Source of the DNA: Tubiluchus corallicola
Lineage: Eukaryota > Animalia > Priapulida
Assembly (NCBI GenBank): GCA_030141605.1
Contig: JAQGDQ010000965.1
Span: 15,461 to 75,241, forward strand
Direction: 5' to 3'
Length of the DNA: 59,781 bases
The position numbers and the translations under genes are program-made. Position 1 is the first letter of the stretch. The number at the start of each line of letters is the position of its first letter. Shown in pieces: positions 14,181 through 25,000 of the stretch. The notes under the pieces are model-generated. The model was not told the DNA's origin and ran no database searches. It saw nothing but the letters and a program-made list of their open reading frames with translations.

Positions 14181-15242
14181 GTCTCAAAAGTCACTATACA
14201 CTTTTACTTCTTATTTTCTTTTAAATTTTTCTCCAATCTTGACAAGCTCTTATATGAATGAAAAATGGCCTTTGTGAATTCTTTTTATTTATTTTTTCAC
14301 TCAACATTTATGCTATGAGAAGGACACTAAAGTTAGAAATTAGATGCAAAATCAGCCTGGTGGAAGGTCCTTCAGTCACCAACTGAAGTTCAGTGGAAAT
14401 TCACAGCACTGTATGAACCACACCATCCTCTCACTATTAACGATGTAGTTTTCAACAAAGTACAGCCCTTCCTCACAAGTCATAGGCCGTGAGAGACTTC
14501 TACAATTGAATGCACAACTTGTCACTGAATTGTCTCTAGAGGCTGTTGAGGACCCTGAAGAAAGTAGTGAACATACCGACATCTGCTAGTGCAGGAGTTA
14601 GTTTCAGATTTTCGTCTAATTTGACTAAAAGAATTGGCAAAGGTTTTAGTTTAGCTATAACAGTTGTAAAACATTTTTCTTTGTTATTAAAAAGATACAG
14701 AAAATGTATATACCGACTTCTCAGACAGTACTTCATTCAGTAATTACAGGTCAGTGTCACTGATGATAGAAAATTGTCATTTAGAAAAGTACAGAGAAAC
14801 TTTATTAAATTAATAATTTCACTACACTAATGTAACAGATAAGAATAAGACACTTTCAAGACTAACAACACACATTTACTCTTTTCTAATGCTAAGGTGA
14901 GACTTCCCCGCAAAACTAGCACTGAAACGGTTACAAAACGGCTACAAAGTTGTGTTGCATCAAAAAGCTCAATGTCAAATGTCATGACTTTTACACTTGG
15001 CTTCTTCTGACCTAATCACAAACTACTTTCAGCAAAAATACCAAACACACGTATATGTGTAATTTAATTTATGCCATACAAGCTAATCTCGTTAACAAAG
15101 TAATACAGAAGAAAAACGTGCAGACATGCACACTTACGTCGTCCGTAATAAGCGAAACAGTCTCTGTATCGGGTTGCAGCGTCATTGTACTTTGCTTCCG
15201 TTGTCTTACTGCAGCTGATACCGGATTTAATTTGTTAATCAT
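3060..15242 (-). CDS. SLC41A: SLC41A-family (MgtE-like) Mg2+ transporter, 5' part, 6 coding exons
   Basis: Minus-strand exons 15242-15138 ([16 protein letters not shown]...), 13470-13336, 12339-12223 ([27 protein letters not shown]), 7086-6979 ([36 protein letters not shown]), 4146-3930 (ANLGHM...[13 protein letters not shown]) and 3206-3060 ([25 protein letters not shown]). All have GT-AG boundaries with matching phases. [19 protein letters not shown] and [15 protein letters not shown] are SLC41 signature motifs. Further 3' exons were not found in the window. Confidence 0.95.
3450..3570 (+). mobile_element. Decayed LINE ORF2 C-terminal fragment
   Basis: [31 protein letters not shown] resembles the RLSxHxLxIExGR...RxRxC zinc-finger tail of non-LTR retrotransposon ORF2. 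Confidence 0.6.
6313..6812 (+). mobile_element. hAT MITE family B, copy 1
   Basis: TIRs CAGGGGTGTGCAAATT / AATTTGCACACCCCTG. Near-identical to 28212-28688. No TSD is preserved. Confidence 0.9.
7218..8050. repeat. About 162-168 bp tandem repeat, 5 copies, with variable poly-G
   Basis: The unit GTCTAAGAGGGAGGGAGTAATGAG...AAG(n)TTCAGTCAAGTGCTAG...GCCGCAAATAAAAA repeats five times and the G-run length varies. Confidence 0.95.
8561..8968. mobile_element. hAT-like MITE with 8-bp TSD
   Basis: Perfect TSD CGTAGCAA (8553-8560 and 8969-8976), imperfect termini CAGCGGCGGAT / ATCCGCTACAG, and subterminal GGGCC motifs. Confidence 0.8.
9632..10370 (-). mobile_element. Satellite-bearing foldback MITE (family F), copy 1
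   Basis: Termini related to TAGGTTTTACA(C/T)GTCAAATGTAGAC. Internal 39-bp tandem arrays are built on TCAAATGT. Inverted relative to 11356-12111. Confidence 0.88.
11028..11236. repeat. 104-bp direct tandem duplication
   Basis: ATTGTAGCACAGCAAAGTTGGG...CAAGATTTTGAA occurs twice. Confidence 0.9.
11356..12111 (+). mobile_element. Satellite-bearing foldback MITE (family F), copy 2
   Basis: TIRs AGGTTTTACACGTCAAATGTAGAC ... GTCTACATTTGACATGTAAAACCT. Its AT-rich core is shared with the 9632 and 50098 copies. Confidence 0.9.
13018..13256 (-). mobile_element. Inverted copy of part of the LINE-derived segment at 16223-16465
   Basis: About 240 bp near-identical to the reverse complement of 16223-16465. 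Confidence 0.88.
13685..14134. mobile_element. Tc1/mariner (pogo/Tigger-like) MITE
   Basis: 24-bp TIRs CAGTC(G/A)ACCCTCGTTAAACCGGAC flanked by TA. The right TA has expanded into (TA)n at 14135-14176. Confidence 0.9.
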
Positions 15243-16222
15243 TCTCCAAATTAATTTTTCTCGCAAGTAATTCACAGAGCATTTTGCTTAAAACCTAAAA
15301 AGAGTCACAAATGAATACTTTACAGAAATATTTTTGGAAAAACATTAGCTGCTACATCTGCCAAATAAAAACAGACATCAGAAAGCGACATCAAATTACA
15401 GGATTTGCAGATTTTTTATGCTTTTAAGATTCCAGAAATCTGGAGCACTCATCCTGTAATGTTAAAGCAGCCTGTCCTTCAAACAAGTTAAAGCATTTGT
15501 GGGACGTAATACGTAAAAATCATTTACTGAAAAGTGATCTAAAAGCTAGCTGGAAACAATGATTTCTATATCTGATACATCACGTCTTTCCTACCAGCTG
15601 ATTCGACGGTGCCACAGTAACATTTTAGGGTGGCTGATTCGGTAGCGAATGTTTTTCGCCATCCCTTCCCATTTAGATGGATGTTACTTGTATACTAATG
15701 TTTGTTTTTTATGTCAGATTTTATGTTTGACTTTGCTTTAGCTGCTTCAGGTGCACCAACGAACTCTTCATAGGTATCTCCAATGAGCATCCAGTTTGCT
15801 CTGTAACGGGACGCAACAATTTACGTTTCCATTCCACATCACGTATTACAATGTCTGTCTTCTTCAAAAATCTAAGGTTTCTTTTTTATCCACATTCATC
15901 TTCTACCTTTCGGTCACTTGCTGTCAACTGTCATTGTTTATTATTTTCCTGTATTCACGTAAATATTCGCCAAACACACAAGTGCTCTTGGTATCTGCCA
16001 CATTAATACCACTCGACATATGCTAAGATCTCTTCCTACTACTAGTACTTGAACAAGTTTCAAATAACATCGAAAGGCAAATTTAGCTTTAAAAATTCCA
16101 ACAAAACTTATACTCTGTTAACAACGAATTTGCTAAACCTTAACCTTATATACCCTTTTAACAACGAATTTGCTAAACCTCAAACTTATATACCCTTTAA
16201 CAACGAATTTTCTAAACCTCAG

Positions 16223-17280
16223 TAAGTCTCTAGCTCTCACTGCTACGCTTCCGTGCTGGTTCAGACATTGGCACTAGAAGAAATCTTTCGTTGTTTCAGT
16301 GAGATGATAAGAAAAAGGGAGGCCGTAACAAGCTCAGACTTTACAGAGGGCTAAAATGCAAATACAAAATGGAGCCTTATCTAAACATCATTAAGGACAA
16401 AAATCACAGGCAAGCTGTCAATAAACTCCGAGTGAGTGATCATGATTTGGAAATCGAACGTGTTCGTTATACCAAAATACCAGAACAAGAGCAAACATTG
16501 TACCAACTCCTCCCCTAAAATACATGAAATAGAAGATAAAATGCACTTTATTTATGGCTGCCCACTTCCTTGCTGAAAATAGAACAAATTATGAAAATAA
16601 ACTTCACAGTCTAACTTTTTTCTTTAGAAATACCATCACCCTCATCTGGCTGTCAAACAGCAATGTTCAACAAGATATAATTCATTTTGGAGAATATATA
16701 TTTAAAAACTTCCAAATAAAAAAAACAAAAGGCTGTTAATGTTAACTGAACTACTCAAGAGTTGAGTTATTTTAATATCTAGGTATAATTTTGCATTGCA
16801 TAGTGTGCAGTTGTTAATTGTTTTTAATATTGTTTCTTTGTTTTTTGTAGACTTTTTAATACCATTTCTTTGTTTTTGTAGGCTTTCTGGTTATAATTTA
16901 GACATTTATCATATATTTTGGCAATAACTTCGATCCCTAGGGAAGAAGTAATCAATACTTTGGCAGTAGACTCTAACCACAATTATTTTGAACTCTCATT
17001 ATTTTATTTTTTATGTTTCATTTAAAAAACTGGTACAGATACCTACTACTTTAAAGTCACTATTCTCTTGTCATTGCTAAGTTATACATTTAATTATACA
17101 ATTTTTATGTAACTATGATTTTTGTAGCAGTATACTATATTTTAATATTTGTCTTTAAAAATAACTTTGCATACAACCTATTGTAATTTTTTTCGGTTTA
17201 TGTAGTACTTAACGTGTATTATAATGCTTTGCCAATGTACATTGTGTTTTTGCAAATAAATCCAAATTGAACTGAATTGA
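16223..17280 (+). mobile_element. LINE 3' fragment (ORF2 C-terminal zinc finger plus 3' UTR)
   Basis: Frameshifted [34 protein letters not shown]...IEDKMHFIYGCP. Ends in an AATAAA...ATTGAACTGAATTGA tail. Boundaries are approximate. Confidence 0.7.
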
Positions 17281-17640
17281 GAAAGTAATGACCCAGGCAA
17301 AACTAACCCATAATACAGGCTGGTGGTTAAAAAATCAACTTTATCAGTAATTTACTTTAACAAAGTAAAATCAGATTCGATGCTAGTAGCAAATATTCAC
17401 GCAATAGCAACTTTCTTAGAGTACAATTGAACTTTGGATCTTGACAACTTTGAAGTTTATTCTGATTGTAGTTGTCTGGCAAAATTTTCTAGTATGTCAG
17501 CTTACTAGAAGTGCAGCTTTTTAAATCTTGCACGTGAATCATATTACTATTACTAAAGTATTAGTTCCCTTCACTTTGCTGCTGTGCTATATTTATGACG
17601 ATCTAATTTGCCAATCTTTGTTAAGCACACGGATTTCGTT

Positions 17641-20078
17641 ATGGCAAAACTGCAAGAAATATCAGATTTAACTGATGGCACATTTTCAAAAAATACTGGT
17701 AATTTGATAAAGACAAGTTAATTGTAGAGCTATTCACTAATTGAGTTTCATTTGCTGTACGCTAGTCTAGTAATCGTAAATTACATCTTTATTTCCAGGA
17801 CCACATTTAATGTGTTCAAAGATGTATTGGTCACTACATATTCAACCACTAGTCACTACCACCACCACTGTTCAACAATGAATTCACTGGCATGAACCAC
17901 ATATTAACTCCTATTCCACGAAAACAGTCATCCTTTTCTGAATTTTTAACCTAAATATTTTGTACCAGCTGCTGGAAAACTAGTGACATGTATACAGTGG
18001 CCTTTACATAGCATCTGGATGCATTTCCACTTGCGGAAAAAATCACTAGGAAAAGCTGCAGAAAAACAATAACATGTAAGCAGGCGGCATAAATGGGTGC
18101 ATTGAAAACAATATAAACCGATTTCATCTATTCCACACCCCACAAAATGCATCTGGACGGTATGTAAACGCCACTTAAGCCCACTGCTTGCTTGTATAGG
18201 TGGCATTTAATTTCCACCTTTAGCTTGACAGTAGTTTCCTTTTACAGGTTAGCTGAAATAAAATTTTGTTATGGAGAGATTCTTACCATATGCACAATTT
18301 GGATTACTGGCACTACTTTTGGATAGATTCATCATAAGTTTTACACAACTATTTTTGACCTTGGTTGTTGATTTTTTTTCTCCAGGAGACATTCCTGAAA
18401 TGTTGGTGTTGTCAAAGCAAAACAGAGAAAATAAATCAAAGAAAACATTTCGCTTTAATGAATCATCGGTACTGACAAAAGTGAAACGGTTTTTACCTGA
18501 GATGGCAGAAGAGAACGCTAAATTACAAGCTGTTCTAGATGCAAACCCGGAAAAGCTAAACATTGAAAACACGGTTGACTGTGACGGTCCCATTATTGAG
18601 ATGGTATGTATCTAAAAACGCAGTGTGGACATGGATGGGTTGTAAAATACGTATCACTTAGATGTGTGAATGGTACCATACTAAAGCAGCATAGTTTATT
18701 TTATTTTGCAATTTAGAGTTATTGTAAAACAGAAGGAAAGTAAATAATGTGACTGTGTTGGCAAAAATCAGCTTGCATAACTGCAAGAAAAGGTTACGAA
18801 AATCATTAATCTTTTATGATCAAATTTTCCATTTTGTTCAGCAACGTACATACAATTTGAAATTTTTAAATTTTGAAAAACTATGCCTAACGAACAAAAT
18901 AAAATTAAAAAGTCCACGACAATAAGTCATGCTAATATCTAGGTTTTTCAATTTTTATGCGTTTAGTAATAATAACAAGTTGATCATTTATCAACAAAAA
19001 TCATTGCTCCATCCCGATATTTTACCTGGAAATTATCAGATGCCAAACACGGCTCATAATTACAAATATTATGGTTTTTTACTCGAGCCTGTTATGGTTT
19101 GTGGTGTGGTGTGATGGGCATGATATGGTTGAGTGATGTACTATATGTGAGTTGTCATGGAAGGTTTACAAGCAAAATTGGGGTCTGGCTAGTAATTTAT
19201 TATTGATTCTCGATTATAACTCCTAGCTTCATGCAAAGAAACGATTTTAACAATAAGGCACACATAGCAAGAATAGTTGCCTACATTTTTCAAATTTCAC
19301 TCAATCCACGGATTTTGCGGATGCTGATATGTATAGTGGCCGATAAACGAGAAAGTGATAACTGTCCATCTCTGGTACATACATATCCACACGCACACAC
19401 ACTTCGTGTCATTTCACAATATTGTGGGATTATTCCAGTTCTTGTTACTAAAAATTATTTTCGTGTTATATACATTTTATATCTATGTAAGAACAGGCAT
19501 CTCCTGGTTATTTCTGTATTTAGTTAGCTTATAGTTTAGATAATATTTACATTAGACTCTAAAAACTGGTTTTTTAAAATTCACAGAACAAATAGAATTT
19601 TGTGACAACCTTTTGAATTATAGTGGTTTGGATAATCGTGGGTTTTCTGTGTGATTGTGTGTCCAACCAAATGACATGTCATAAGTCATAACAAAGAATT
19701 TTGACAACCACTGATTAGCTGGCCTCTTGCATGGGAAAAAAACAAAAAACACTGTGGTATACACTACTAGTATTGAACTGGAAATGATGTGTTCACACTA
19801 TAAAAGAGAGACGTTGTTAACTTGTTACTTGATATATTTCAAGCTGATTTAAATTTTTGTGTATGTTACTCATGATTGTAATTCGATTTTTTTTATTTTA
19901 GGACTTGGCACTGATGGCAACAAATGATTACAGTTCCAGTAGTAATGAAGACACTGATAGTGATTGCAGTAATACATGTACAAATGAACAACAACATGAA
20001 ATGAATATAAAAATGCCAAATAAACGAAAAAACACAAAAACAAAAGTTGTTATTGAAGAGTTAAAAGACGCAACCTGA
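17641..20078 (+). CDS. NOPCHAP1: NOPCHAP1/C12orf45-like (DUF4598) NOP58 chaperone, 3 exons, 150 aa
   Basis: Exons 17641-17698 (MAKLQEISDLTDGTFSKNT, less certain), 18386-18603 (...SSVLTKVKRFLPEMAEENAKL...LNIENTVDCDGPIIEM) and 19902-20078 (DLAL...S/D-rich...NIKMP...VVIEEL, stop). The FLPxMxxxNxKL...NIE...IxMDxAL pattern followed by an acidic tract matches this family. AATAAA at 20181-20186. Confidence 0.85.
17996..18175. mobile_element. Short degenerate MITE (possibly PIF/Harbinger) in NOPCHAP1 intron 1
   Basis: Imperfect ~31-bp inverted termini AGTGGC(C/G)TTTACATA...GATGCATTT. Confidence 0.55.
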
Positions 20079-20668
20079 TTATTAATACTTAAAATTGTGC
20101 AACAGATCAACTCAATCAGAAAAACTGTTATATCATAAAACTTTAAATAATGGAGCCTCACTTAAAAACTTTATTTTTATAATAAAACATTTTGTAAACT
20201 CACTTGTTGTTCTTATGTTTTAGCCAAAAATTTTTGTCACAATTTCTATAGGTAATCTGAGATTCTGCAACTTATCGCAAAAAAAACATAATTGCGCAAT
20301 TAATCAATATGCTTTATGATAAAAGGAATTGTCAAAATAATCTTTATATTTACACTCGAATACTCTGACTGAGATCAATACATCCTGCAACAAGCTTGTT
20401 ATTAGTTTCAACAATCATATGAATACACTGGTATACCTACCTGTATTACAGACTACAGTATAACATCATTATAGCGAAACGGGTAGGGACCGCAAAAAAG
20501 TACTTTATAACCGAGGTACTCTAAAATGTAACTGCCTCTTAAGCCATGTAGATTACGAGTTCTGATACTTTCTGTTACTGATACTTATACACCTGTGTAA
20601 GCAGAGAGGGATCTCTCATAGTTCCTACACTGAAATGTAACATGTATTGGCTACTAGACTGATGAAAC

Positions 20669-20765
20669 TATATATATATATATATACATACATATATACA
20701 TACATACATACATACATACATACATACATACATACATACATACATAAATACATACATACATAAAT
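20669..20765. repeat. (TA)n(TACA)n microsatellite
   Basis: Directly visible. Confidence 0.95.
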
Positions 20766-22058
20766 TTATATTAGTACTTTACATCCTTTTTGAAGCTACT
20801 ACTATTATTATTACTCTGACACGTGACAGACAAAAAATAATTGATGTTTTTGAAAGTGAATGAGTAGTTCTTCGGGAAGAATATTAAATTAGTTTGATTC
20901 TATTTTTAGTTGTATGCTGCAAACCAGTTGATATATAATACTGCTTTACAACCTTTTTGAAGCCACAAGCTATATTATCTGTATATACTTTCTTTCTGTA
21001 CCAGGAGTTACAGGTTACGTTTAGCTGTAAATTAATTTGCAAACGGCAGGCAAAGGTAAAGTACTCAATAAAAACTTATAAAGATACGGTAATCAGACAG
21101 TGGTACAGATGCAGTAAGCCCAACAAAAACTCCACAATGCTGCATATAGAATACGAACATGCTGTATTCAAAGTTTTCATACCAGTTAAACGTATGACGA
21201 AAGTTCGTTCCTTTCTGTGAGTTCGAATTACTGGTGTGTACACCATGTTCGCTATAATCATGTTATACTCTACACAGCAAGCACAGTAAAATTGGGTTAG
21301 CATGCGAAATTATGTGCACCACAGTTACAAAAACAAGATTAACAATGAATATCAAAATTTAATTCTACTCATAATTAACAGCATACTAAAAATTAATTAT
21401 TGCACGATGTAAAATATAACTTGTGTGCATAGTGTTGGTTTTTTTATAACTTATGATACATGTAACATATATATACATATACTATTAATATATTTATGTC
21501 ATCACACATTAAAAATGCTTTGGTAAATACTAATATTTGGGTGAAAAAAGTCCAATAAGTTGGAATTCAAGAAAACGATATTAAGTTCTCAATTGCAAAC
21601 TAAAAAGTCTGTTTAGGGTTTTCACATTTTCTGAACAAATCACCAGTTAACAACCATTTCCAACTCCAATTAACGAAAGGTGAGTTACTGTGGCTCTGTA
21701 CAAGTAGTATATAGATATAGTATTTAGCTAGTACTTTATAGCATTTCTGAAACAGCGAATCAGCAATACTAGTATGGAAACTTGTCATTTGGATAGTACT
21801 CAATATCAGTAATAACGAATTCTTTTTCAGGATAAACTTTTTTAGATTCAGTATCAATTGATCACTTACTATGAGACTTTTGGTAATTATAACATTTTCC
21901 AAATAACCCTAAATTACACAATACATTTTAACTTTTTAATACAGCTTCAAGGTTGCTTTGAATGCGTCTGAAAGTAACAGTCGTTAAAATACTGCCAAAT
22001 GCAGCTTTTCATATGCAAAACAAATTCCACATCAGCGTCGTGAAACTAAGGACTGCAG

Positions 22059-25000
22059 TTAGTCAATACTCACCTCAAATGATGAATCTTTACTTTTCTC
22101 CAAATTGTCTTCCGATTTATTTGCTTCTACTAAAGGACTTCTGGTATTTTGAAACTTTGCGTGTAGTGCGCTGCTCAACAAACTCTCTGCATCACCGAGA
22201 GACGCCGCCCGCTTCTTTTTGGCTGGGGTGCCTCCGGGGGACTTCTTGACAGGAACCGGTCGTAGAGAAATGCGACCCTCCCGAATAGAAGATTGCAGGT
22301 TCGAATCCATGATGCGAGCAAATGTATTGTGACGAGGCGTTATAGCTGGAAGATCTATAAAACACCTAGTTTTCTTTGGCGTACTGGCAGATCGCGGTGG
22401 TTCGTTTTCTCGGTTAGACGATATCTTCGCCTTGGACAGCAGTGCAGAAGGTGGGGGAGGCGGTGGAGTAGGTATAGCTGCTGAAATTGCTGATTTTGAC
22501 TGGACTAATGCACCACGGTCAAATAAGCTGTCTCCACTTGTCAATCTTGACCAGGTCAAACCTCCCAAGTCAAAAACGCTGTCCATTTGAGAAGCAGAAT
22601 CTAATCCAATGGTAGTGTTACAGAGAGTTTCATTAACGGATTCGCAATCAGTCTGCGAAGCCATTTCGACTGTCACAGTCAGCGTCTGATTGCCACTATC
22701 TGTTGCACCTTTTGTGATCTGTTCAAAGTCGCATCCTAAGCTGACTGATGATACAGATGCTGCTGCTTGACTGTCCACCTGCTGACCAGCACACGTCGAA
22801 TTTGTTGCTACCACTGATTCATTTTTATTATCATTTAACTTGTTTAATGTGCAACATTCAGCTATTTGCCAGTACAGCGTGGAAGCAGATCGCGCCATCT
22901 CATCACTACAGTGGGAATCTTTAAATTCCAGAAGATCACATAGGCAGCTCTTCAACCTCAAGAGACACATGTTGAAGATTTCCTGATTTTCCTGTTTAGT
23001 AATAAAAAGAAAAAAATGATATTAGAGAAAATAATTTCTACACTTCATTAGGATTTTATTGAAATTAGTAGTCACTAAATACATAAAAAAGAAGGCCGCT
23101 TTCTGCATCTATGGAACAGAATTAGTTCCTAAGACTCAAAACATCTGTGAAGCAGACCTAGCACTAACATGTAAATGAAAGTTAAGAGGTAAGGCAATTC
23201 TGTCTGCGTAAATCTACACATTGCTTAGAATATCAACATTATATGTATTTATTATGCCTTTATGTCCATGATATTTGTGTTCAAATTTAAACTTAATCTC
23301 AATAGTTTTACACACCTTATTCTGAAATCTTTGTCAAGATAATTGCTCATGTTACTAATAGCAACATTACTTACAGGGTGGTTGCTTTGGTAACTTTTAG
23401 TTTTTCGCCACCCTTTCACCAATCACATGAATATCGTTAAATCAGATTTTTGACCAAAAATTTGATAAACGTCTTTCACGAATGATAAAGTTTGACAAAA
23501 TGTAATACCATATGAAATTTATGTACCTTTTCATATGAAGAAAATACTGTATGAAAAATACTTCAAAAAAAGTATACCAGAAATGTGCGTTGGTTTGGAA
23601 GCAAGATGTCTATCCCAACATAAAGAATGCAGCTGTAAAATGACCATTGACATAGCAGCATTTAGTTCTTACATGCTATATTTTTGAAGGAGTTTACAAT
23701 TTCCCACACACTTTAAATACCCTAACCCTAAGCTTAGCCTGTAGCCTAACTCTAACCCTATCCCCAGTTTAACTCTAAACCCAATCCTAATCCTAAAAGT
23801 TAACGAAAGAAAAACCAGGTATAGCCAGGTATTGGTAAGTAAAATATATGGGCGGTTTCAGGCAAAGAGGAAGATATTAATCAGTAGAAATATGAATAAA
23901 ACTCATAGACTGTTTAACTTATGTCATTTAATAAACAGTATGGATTTTTGTCTCTGGAACGTATCTCCGTTCTTTTACATTACTCTCTATGGAAGTCTTG
24001 GCTTCGTTTAACGACGTTTCGCTTAACATCGCATTTTGTTGGAACGCATTAGCGTCGTTAAGCGAGGACTTACTGTACATGAAGAGTAACTGTGGCTATA
24101 AGAGAAATAACACTGGACATAACTAGACTGGATCAGAGATAAGATAAATTTTTAAAACCTTTTTGTAACCATATGAAGGAGGAATCATTGAAAGGGTTTT
24201 GCAATTCCTCACACAATTTAAATACACCAACCCTAACCCTATCTCTAACTCTAATCCCAACCCTAACCCAAAACCCTAAACCAACCCTAACCCCAATTCT
24301 ATCCTAACCCTAATCCGCTTCACAAACTCACTTCTTGTGTGTGGGGAATTGTAAACTTTACCCCTGCAATCTTTAGTTCCAAGTTGCCACGCCCATTGGG
24401 ATATTTGTGTGCATTATCTTAAATTACTGTTCACTTGTCAATGTTCTCATATCTCCTCTGTCCTGTTGTAGTTTACTCCGTTCTCGCTTTCATTTACCAT
24501 AAGAAGACCTACCTGGTACAATGTAGACCGCAAATGTTCATCTCTCAATTGAATTAGGTTTAGCCATTCGGTGATGTAGCTTGAATTCTTTCCTACAATA
24601 ACAGCTCTGCATCAGTAGAAATATTGGTGTAGTATTCAAAATTTCCAAGTTCTGCAGTTGGAAATTTTTTTCTTGTACACTACACTTACAAATATATTGT
24701 GTATGCTTTTATTTCATATTTGTCTGATGGTTTAAACAAGCCGTTTAAAAATCCGACATTTTTAACAATATAATGATGAATCAGGCATCATTAAAGTAAA
24801 ACCAGACCCAAACTTAAACTGTAGGTCAAAACAATCAACTCTTTAAAATATTGAAAGAAAAAATACTATTTTTTAAAGAATAACTTACAGGAAAGAATTA
24901 TTACCACACAAACACAATTTCACATTCGCACCACTAGTTCTTCACTGTTACATGCATTTTGCCATTTGCTAGTTAGACGGGCACTAACGCCTGCATTTCG

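Noticed and set aside
23720-24315. True telomere or chromosome-fusion site
   Set aside because: The arrays are short, degenerate, in the same orientation and inside an intron.
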